Shown one piece after another: positions 55,306 through 64,000 of a stretch of DNA of 64,000 bases; position 1 is the first letter of the stretch, and each line of letters starts with the position of its first letter. Under the pieces are notes generated by a model that saw nothing but the letters and a program-made list of their open reading frames with translations, had not been told where the DNA came from and made no database searches. The stretch comes from Eledone cirrhosa. Taxonomy: Eukaryota. The stretch lies in NCBI GenBank assembly GCA_964016885.1, contig OZ024747.1:22816001-22880000 (forward strand). The letters are read 5' to 3'. The translations under genes were made by a program, and so were the position numbers.

Positions 55306-55393
55306 GCATATCTGAAGAGGTGTCGATTAAGAGTCAGGATCCGATCGCCTGATCAAACTCGAGCTGATTGATATCGAAACAATTGTAATATGC
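55306..55393 (+). ncRNA. Type I hammerhead with long stem II
   Basis: GCATAT-CTGAAGA-GGTGTCGATT..GATTGATATC-GAAAC-AATT-GTA-ATATGC, immediately followed by AATAAA. Confidence 0.8.
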
Positions 55394-55423
55394 AATAAAG
55401 TTTCATAAAAAGCTGCAAATCTG

Positions 55424-55752
<329 letters not shown>

Positions 55753-55757
55753 ATATA

Positions 55758-55866
55758 TATTCCGATGATTTGATCAGAAGCAAAAACTGTATTTAAGGTC
55801 GAGTGATGCAACTTCGAGTGATTAGTGGCATTTAGACTCACCTGATCAATGAAACAATTGTTAATA
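55758..55866 (+). ncRNA. Hammerhead-like motif with U4C core
   Basis: TATT-CCGATGA-T-TTGATCAG..CTGATCAA-T-GAAAC-AATT-GTT-AATA. Confidence 0.55.
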
Positions 55867-55915
55867 CTAGAAAAAAAACCCATTTTGTACAACCGATTAT
55901 ATTGCAATCTTTCAC

Positions 55916-55984
<69 letters not shown>

Positions 55985-56019
55985 GTTATATGTGTGTGTG
56001 TTATGTGTGTGTGTGTGTT

Positions 56020-56410
56020 ATATTTGTTTTGCTAGGTTTTTGATATGAAATCGTGTGTCGAAACAAATATTGTTATAGTTGGGGAGGGTCATATTGTTAT
56101 AATATTATTGCCAGAAATAATAACAGAACACACTCACTGTTTGATTGGTTTTCGATTCTGCATCTTTTATATCTCTATGGTTAATTCATTTGGCCATCAA
56201 TATTTATCACTGACTGACCAACGGTCAAAAATACAGATATCGAAACAATCGTTTCGTTGGTCAGTCAGTGATAAATATTGATGACCAAATGAATTAACCA
56301 TAGAGATATAAAAGATGCAGAATCGAAAACCAACCAAACAGTGAGTGTGTTCTGTTATTATTTCTGGCAATAATATTACTACAATATGCCCCTCCCCAAG
56401 TATAACAATA
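56020..56410. mobile_element. Fold-back pLTR-like element, ~155-bp arms
   Basis: 56068-56223 is the inverse of 56255-56410; the spacer has GATATCGAAACAATCGTT (hammerhead 3' half). Confidence 0.68.
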
Positions 56411-56462
56411 AATATATATATATATGTATGTGTGTATGTGTGTATGTGTGTGTATGTGTATG

Positions 56463-56495
<33 letters not shown>

Positions 56496-56808
56496 ATATA
56501 TATATATATTTATATATGTGCATATAATATATCAAACGCCGATTAACGAATGTAATTATTTAATTTGTTACCAGAAACTTCATTATCAGTGAAACGTAAA
56601 GCAGTTTTTATGCCGAAAAATGATTGCAATTATTGAAAGAAATATACACGTATGTAGAATGCAATAGTCTTGCTGTGTCTCTGCAAAGTTCCTTTCAACA
56701 AAATTTCACGTAATTCAATCAACATTATATACGCTTTATACATGTAAAAAACGTCCTTTGAACGAACGAAATTATATGTAATTTATGTTAGTAAAAATAC
56801 ATAGATAA

Positions 56809-56878
<70 letters not shown>

Positions 56879-56881
<3 letters not shown>

Positions 56882-57184
56882 AATAATAATAAATGCGAAG
56901 ATTAAAATCCAAAGCGGGCTCGATAAGGATAAATATATATCAAATATATAAGAACCCTAGAGCAAATACTTATTAAAATAACAGATTAAAGTTTAAGCAA
57001 AGAAACGCTGCTTTCACCCTTAACGGGATCTTCTGAAACTAAAAAAAATCAGTCTGTCAACGCAGAAGTAAATATTTCGAAAAACGTTGCAACCGAAGGA
57101 AAACAGGATTGATTTTTTTTATAGTTTCAGAAGATCCCGTTAAGAGTGAAAGTAGCGATTCTTTGCTTAAACTTTAATCTGTTA

Positions 57185-57192
<8 letters not shown>
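56879..57192. mobile_element. Fold-back element with hammerhead-like arms (CAGAAGA core)
   Basis: Arms 56971-57051 and 57109-57192; flanked by (TA)n. Confidence 0.65.
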
Positions 57193-57253
<61 letters not shown>

Positions 57254-57402
57254 GTCAATACTCATCTTTTTCCATTTTCTCCGAGGGTTCTTAACCCCAC
57301 TATCAGGCTCAATAATTTCTTTAATTTCTTTAGTCAAAATACGGCGATAGCTTATATTTCTAATTTAAAACCCGCTCGCTGTTTCGAAAATATTCTTACT
57401 TG

Positions 57403-57438
<36 letters not shown>

Positions 57439-57439
57439 T

Positions 57440-57621
57440 TAGGAACAAGTATGACCCCGACGGCAGAGATCAAGCCGTTTCGACTAAATCTAGCTTAGTC
57501 AAGAAACGGCTTGAGCTCTGCCGTCGGAGTCATACTTGTTCCTATTACCCACTCTACTACCCTAAGTATTGAGTACTTTGGTGCGTTATGGTCCATCTGG
57601 TTCCTTACCACAATTCCTTCG

Positions 57622-57625
<4 letters not shown>
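57440..57625. mobile_element. Fold-back element (16109 family)
   Basis: Same arm and tail with a different palindrome centre. Confidence 0.75.
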
Positions 57626-57682
<57 letters not shown>

Positions 57683-57722
57683 GTGTATATATATACATAT
57701 AAATATATATGTATATAATGTA

Positions 57723-57771
<49 letters not shown>

Positions 57772-57935
57772 GTGTATATATATACATATAAATATATATG
57801 TATATAATATAATATATATATATATAAATATATATGTATATAATATATATATATATATATTATGTGTATATATATATACATATAAATATATATGTATATA
57901 TATATATATATTATGTATATATATACATATAAATA

Positions 57936-58020
<85 letters not shown>

Positions 58021-58027
<7 letters not shown>

Positions 58028-59224
58028 AAAGTTCTATTTAAAATTGTTGGGATACAACAAGTAAATATTTTTATAACTGATATAAAGCACTCGACAAGTA
58101 TTTGGAGTAGATATACGATATTAATAAATGGAAACTATATTTATAAAACCATATTTATTTCATTATACATATTTCAGGGATACCAAATTAAATTATGGTA
58201 TGCCTTCATCAGACAAAATACAATATATAACAGTTTTACAAATAAGCTTTGACGTACCCTATTAAAATGCAACCATTGTTTTTGGAAGTCATCCGGATAG
58301 TGAATTGTTTATATAACTTTAATAAGTCATAGTGTTAAGGACAATTAGAAAAAGACGGAGAGAAAGAAAAAAGACGGAGAGAAAGAAAAAACGTGGAGAA
58401 ATATCGGAGAGAGAGAGATGCATGGAGAAAAAAAGAAAGAGATAAGTAAAGACAGGCGGAAAGGAAGAAAGAAGAAAAAAGGAAGAAATAAGAAAAACAG
58501 AGGAAAGCAACAGAGAGATATTAGGTCAACAGACAGATAGAACAACTCAAGAGAGAGAAATGTTATATATAGAGAGAGGGAGATTATGAAAACTTTACGT
58601 CATGTCATGTTAAGTTGAGTTAACAATTCATATGAAATGAACACTATGACTTATTAAAGTTATATAAACAATTCACTATCCGGATGACTTCCAAAAACAA
58701 TGGTTGCATTTTAATAGGGTACGTCAAAGCTTATTTGTAAAACTGTTATATATTGTATTTTGTCTGATGAAGGCATACCATAATTTAATTTGGTATCCCT
58801 GAAATATGTATAATGAAATAAATAGGGTTTTATAAATATAGTTTCCATTTATTAATATCGTATATATATATATATATATTTATATGCAAAAGTTTTATTT
58901 AAAATTGTTGGATTACAACGAGTAAATATTTTATAACTGATATAAAAGCACTCAACAAGTTTTGGAGTAGGTTTACGATATTAAACAAATGGAAACTATA
59001 TTTATAAAACCGATAAAAACGATATTTATAAAACTATATTTATAAAAACGATAAAAACGATATTAAACAAATGGAAACTATATTTATAAAACCAAATTTA
59101 TAAAACGGTTTATATATTGTATTTTGTCTGAGGAAGGCATACCATATTTTTAATATGATATCCCTGAAATATATATAATGAAATAAATATGGTTTTATAA
59201 ATATAGTTTCCATTTATTAATATC

Positions 59225-59228
<4 letters not shown>
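58021..59228. mobile_element. Composite pLTR-like locus with three hammerhead copies
   Basis: 58114-58336 is the inverse of 58640-58862; 58021-58150 is directly repeated at 58883-59011; a third arm lies at 59112-59227. Confidence 0.75.
58756..58820 (+). ncRNA. Type I hammerhead (copies also at 58156-58220 minus and 59120-59185 plus)
   Basis: TATTTTGT-CTGATGA-AGGCATACCA..TGGTATCCCT-GAAATATGTATA-ATGAAATA. Confidence 0.72.
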
Positions 59229-59270
<42 letters not shown>

Positions 59271-59386
59271 GTACTTTCATATAAAAATCAGAAAACTTAT
59301 CGGTAGAATAGCCGTTAAAACAGCCAATATAATCAGTTGTGTATATATATATACACACACACATACCCCCCTCCCCCCAAAAAAGA

Positions 59387-59422
<36 letters not shown>

Positions 59423-60023
59423 GAATATCAGGGGCGGTGGAGCTCGCGAGGCCAGGCGGCGGCGTCCCCCCATAATTATATTTTTCTCCCCAAATTACCA
59501 AAACTATTTGTATATGGGCTACAATTTATGTACGTTATGTAGAGACAGGTGGAGGAGATATATATATAGATATAGAGAGGGGGAGAGTTTGGTGGTAATT
59601 GATATAGAGAGGAAGGTTGGGAGAATGCGTTGTATATTAGATATAGAGAGAGGGAGAGATTGATTATTGATATTGAGAGAGAGAGGAATTTAAAGAGAGT
59701 TCCGTGTAGTAGAGAGGGGGAGAGTTTGGCGTTAATTGATATAGTGAAGGGGATTGAAAGAGAGTTCTGTATAGTAGATATATATTTCTATTTATTTGCC
59801 ACCAGGGCATCAAAGATTGGGACAAATACAAAGGGGGGAGTTTACATACATTTAAAAAGACGTGTAAAAAACATATAACAAATTAAATTTAACAATCGAT
59901 GTCCTCAATAGGGAGGGGCGTTGACATGGGTCGCACACACCCCCGAAAAAATGTGCAACCCTCCTCTTCAGGAGCACAAAGAGCGGGTGCTTCCTTCCTC
60001 TTCTCATTCTTCTCTTCTCTCAC

Positions 60024-63000
60024 CTACAGGCTGATATAGAGAGAAGGCCCATTCACTCGGGCCATTCTCGCTACTTTCACCCATCTTTCATAAAACTTGC
60101 TGGGGTAGAGCACCCCTCTCTCTCCATTCTGATCCTTCTTCTAAAGTGGTACTTGAAAAAAAAGACAGTTGTTGGCCGGAGAGAAAGGTCTCTGACCTCA
60201 GCCCTTTCAACCTTGTCCACCATACAACTTCTTTCGCCATGGCTATCACACAGAGGAAAACCACCTCTCCTTCGTTTTTGAAAGGGGGAGGCGGTTTGAT
60301 TGTGACAATGTTCTCGGTGGTCAACCGGATTGGTCCCACCCGCGACAGTAGTCGTTCTACATAGCCCCACAGGTCAGCAACGCCCGGGCAGTGTACGAAT
60401 GCGTGTGCGACGGTTTCCTCGTCACGCACGCATCTTGGACAGATCTTCTTCGAGGGGTCCCTACCCGGGCGCCCGTGTCTGTAGAGCTTGTCCCGAACGA
60501 GTAGAGCTCCTCGGTAACATTGCCAAGCCAGGGACTTTTGGAAGTTGTCCATCGGTCCCGAGCCAAACGTCCTACCGAACAGACTGGCCAGCTCGTCTTC
60601 CTCCATGCCCAGAGCCTCTCCGAGAGCGTCGTCGCACTTACTGCGCACCAACCCTCTATAGAATGTTGAGGTTGAGTCTCCACTGATTGCCGGATCCGCT
60701 TGCCAGAGGGCCGTGAGCGCCTGGGCACATTCAATGTGCCAGTCGCCCACTTTTCTCGGTCTTTGCTTGACCCAGGATTGCAACTCGGTGAGTGAGACGA
60801 GTCTCGGAAAGGCTCGCCTCACAAACAGGGCCCACACCGGCTGACCGGTAAAGAATACCTGGAGGTGCCGTAGCCTTAATGCGTGTTTACGCATCGTCAG
60901 CCACGGCATCCCCAGCCCTCCGTTCGAAGGGTGTTGACAGCAGATGGATCTTCTCACCAAAGGAGCCCGCTTCTTCCAAAGAAATCGGAAGAGCGCGCGC
61001 TCCATTTTGGCGAGTGTTTTCTCTGGGCAAGGCACGACGGTCAAGCGGTAGTAGATGACGGACGCTATATAAGCGTTCGCCACCTCCGCTCGATCTTTCA
61101 GGGATAGTTTGCACTCGGCCCACTTCTGGGCGAATGCAAACACCTTGCCCGTTATCTCGTCCCAGTTTTTCTCCACCTGGAGGTCCGGTCCGAACCAGAC
61201 CCCGAGCAGCTTCACCGGTCCCTCCGTCCAGCGTCAGACGATGTTACGTCGGAGGGCATCGTTTTCCCCCTCCACGTCCCGAGTTGCATACCGACGGACT
61301 TGTCCCGGTTCAGCTTGGCTCCTGTGAACCTTTCATATTCCTCCAGTAAGGTGCCGATCTGCCCGATTTCCGAGGCGCACGACACCATTACTGTCACGTC
61401 ATCGGCGTAGGCCGACACCGCTTTCCGTAATCCCGGTTCCAAGAGGATGCCCTGCAACAGCTCCAGCTTCCGCAGTAGTGGCTCGAGAGCCAGCACATAC
61501 AGGAGGGAGGAGAGAGGGCATCCCTGTCGAATGGATCGCGTGATTTGGAACGGCTCCGAGAGGTAGCCGTTCACCTTGACCCTCGAGCAGGTGTTGCTGC
61601 TGTGCATTGCAGCAATCTAGCCCCTGAAAACGGGTCCGAAGCCTGCCGCCGCGAGCACCGCATCCAGGTACCGATGGTCAACCCTATCGAACGCTTTAGA
61701 TTGATCCAAGTTGATCAGGGCCCCACCAAAGCCGGGTTCGTTTCCCTACCCTCTCTACGATGTATCGCATGAGGTGGAGGTTGTCGTGTATGGACCTGGA
61801 TGGGATTGCGCATGTCTGCGCATCTCCCACCAGGTTCCCAACGACAAGCGCCAACCTCTTCGCTAACACCTTGGCCAAAATCTTTAACTCTGTGTTTAGC
61901 AGAGTTATGGGCCTGAAGTTATCTATGTCATCCCCCTTGTTCTCGTCCTTCCTCACCAGCGTGACTACGCCCTTGGTCACAGAACTGGGAATTCTCCCGT
62001 TCTGTTGCCAGTTGCAGTAGACCGCCTCGAGGAGACCGGAGAACAAGCCCGGCATCGCTACATAAAGTTCGTATGGTAGACCATCGAGACCCGGAGATTT
62101 GCGTTTGCCGCATTGGCTCAGCGCTTCCCCTATTTCAGCGGCTGAAATCGGCCCCTCACAGGACTTCGCCTCCCCGTCCGAGAGCCGCGCCAGACCGTCG
62201 AGGTATGGACCGAAATCCATGGCCCCACCCGGCCCGCCGCCCCTCCCGAACAGTCGTGCAAAGCGCCGTTGAAAGGCCGCGCTCATCCGCTCAGGTTCAA
62301 GGATCACGCGTCCATCCTGGTCCTTCAAAGACCGAATCGTGGACTTGTTTCCACTTTTTGCCTCTGTCACTCGGGCCCAGCTAACATCTTTGGCTCCCTC
62401 GTTACCCAGAGCACGTATTTTACTCCTGACAACGCAGCCCTCGTGCTTCGCATCAAAGAACTGGTGTAGGGCCGTTCTTGACGCCAGCACGCCGGCCACG
62501 TTACCACTCCTAATCGCCTCTTCTACTCTATTTGTTAATTCCCTTTCAGTTCTATTCCTATCTGATGCTAATTCCCGACTAAAACCTATCGATTCTATTC
62601 TAATTTCTCTCTTGAGAGAGCCCCACCACCTGTTGTTGACAATTGCCCTCGTCAAACGCTGCTTAACCGCTTACTGTAAGCTTTGTTTGTCGGTAAAGAC
62701 AAGTTTAGCTTCCAGTAACCGGGTCCCTGTCTATGAGTTCTATCAAGGTTGACCACTCCGGTCACCAACTTGTGATCCGAATAGTCAACCATGAACATTC
62801 GTGGACAGCTTAATATGTCCCTATCCTTATTTCTAACTAGGAACCTATCTAGGTACGACCTAGATGTTCCGCTGCGATTACTCTACGTCCACCGTGGCAC
62901 AGTCGGAAAATCTAGTCGATATCTATCGGCCAGATCAAATCGGCCGATTAATCGTTTGAGGCTGTTACACCCCCTCTATCGGGACATGCCCCTACATAGT

Positions 63001-63451
63001 CCCAACGTGCATCCAGGATACCATTCCAGTCCCCCACTAAAAGCAAGGAGCGAGACGTTCCCGGGAAATTCTCCAGGCGTCGGAAGAAGTCCGGTCGCGG
63101 TGTCCCAGATGGGGCATACGCTGCCACCAGCCTGAAAGCTCCACCTTCACCACTGCCGACGTCTAAAACCACCAGTCGACCCTCCGGGTCCAGGTGTACC
63201 TTCTGTGTGGTAAGACCCAGGTATTTTCGCAGCAGAACGACAACCCCACCCCCACCCCTCGGCTGACAGAGAGATGCGTAGATCTCAAAGTCGTCGAAGA
63301 TGGGGGCCAGTTGGCGCTCGCTGCTGATCCTGGACTCGCAAATAACCATTACATCCACACTGTGCGACCTGAGGTCATTTAAGAGTTTGCCCTGTTTCCA
63401 GGACATCCCCAAGCCGCGTGCATTCACACATCCAACTCTTATATTGGCCAT
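60024..63451 (-). pseudogene. Tx1/L1 ORF2 (APE endonuclease, reverse transcriptase, zinc finger), frameshifted
   Basis: CVNARGL, AYAP, VGDWN, KSPGLDGLP, NFRPITLLN, IRQGCPLS, AYADDV, NGGLGMP and CPRC..ETVAHAFVHC, split over several frames. Confidence 0.93.
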
Positions 63452-63493
63452 GTTGGTGTTGAAAAGGTAAAAAGGAAGAGGAAAGGAAATTAC

Positions 63494-63841
63494 TTACCTC
63501 TTCGTCTCCTGGGGACCAGGCTGCACAATTTCCATGGGGGTGTTGGAAGGGTTGTTTGGTGGGGTGGTGGTTTGTGGTGGGGTGAGGACATCAGTGTGTG
63601 GTGGGATTAGGGTGTTTGGTGGGGTGTGGGTGTCTGGTGTGGGGGTGGGGAAACATCTCAATAGGACGCTGTTATGTGGTTTGGTGCAGTTGGTCCCCAC
63701 ATGCATTAGATGGTTCTTTTTCAAAGTTACATAGGTTTCCGTTGGGACCCTAATCATCATTAGGTGCGGTTTGTTCGCTGCGTAGGTGAAAGTGATCCCT
63801 TCGGTTTCCACCGAAGGGTTATTTTCTATCGCTTTCATCAA
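63494..63841 (-). pseudogene. Probable ORF1 remnant of the Tx1/L1 element
   Basis: Open frame ending 43 bp upstream of the ORF2 ATG; no diagnostic motif. Confidence 0.4.
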
Positions 63842-64000
63842 CGTTTTATTGTTCTTGTTAATGTATGTATAGAGTTTTTGTTGTGTTGTGTTTGTTTTTG
63901 TTTATTGTTCTTGTGCGTGTTTGCGTTTTGTAGTCCGTGTTATGTTTTGGGGAGGGGTGGGTTTTTTTATTTGTCATGTTTGTTCTGTTTGTGCTGGTGG

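Larger units (their letters stand above)
59785..64000 (-). mobile_element. Tx1/L1-clade LINE, near full length, extending past the window end
   Basis: ORF2 with APE, RT and CCHC domains; 3' UTR ending GGCAAATAAATAGAAATATATAT; upstream ORF1-like remnant. Confidence 0.92.

Overview
AT-rich, repeat-dominated eukaryotic intergenic or intronic DNA. The SINE families and extreme (TA)n content suggest an Octopus-like coleoid cephalopod (inference). No intact host gene is recognisable, and most ORF-track entries are microsatellite artefacts. Recognisable content includes about 20 tRNA-derived Meta-domain SINE copies, RTE LINE fragments (one with a twin-priming 5' inversion), bipartite RTE-derived elements, an R4/Dong 3' end, a degraded Tx1/L1 LINE, three Helitron derivatives, hAT/Tc2/mariner MITEs, a 28S rRNA fragment, several satellites and a 200-N gap. 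The standout signal is a set of short non-coding elements embedded in (TA)n tracts. About seven families carry type I hammerhead ribozyme cores, canonical or variant, in fold-back or partial-tandem arrangements. Two of them share an octamer/TATA-like cassette upstream of the ribozyme. This looks like a microsatellite-targeted Penelope pseudo-LTR/retrozyme system. All folds were read by eye and none is tested.
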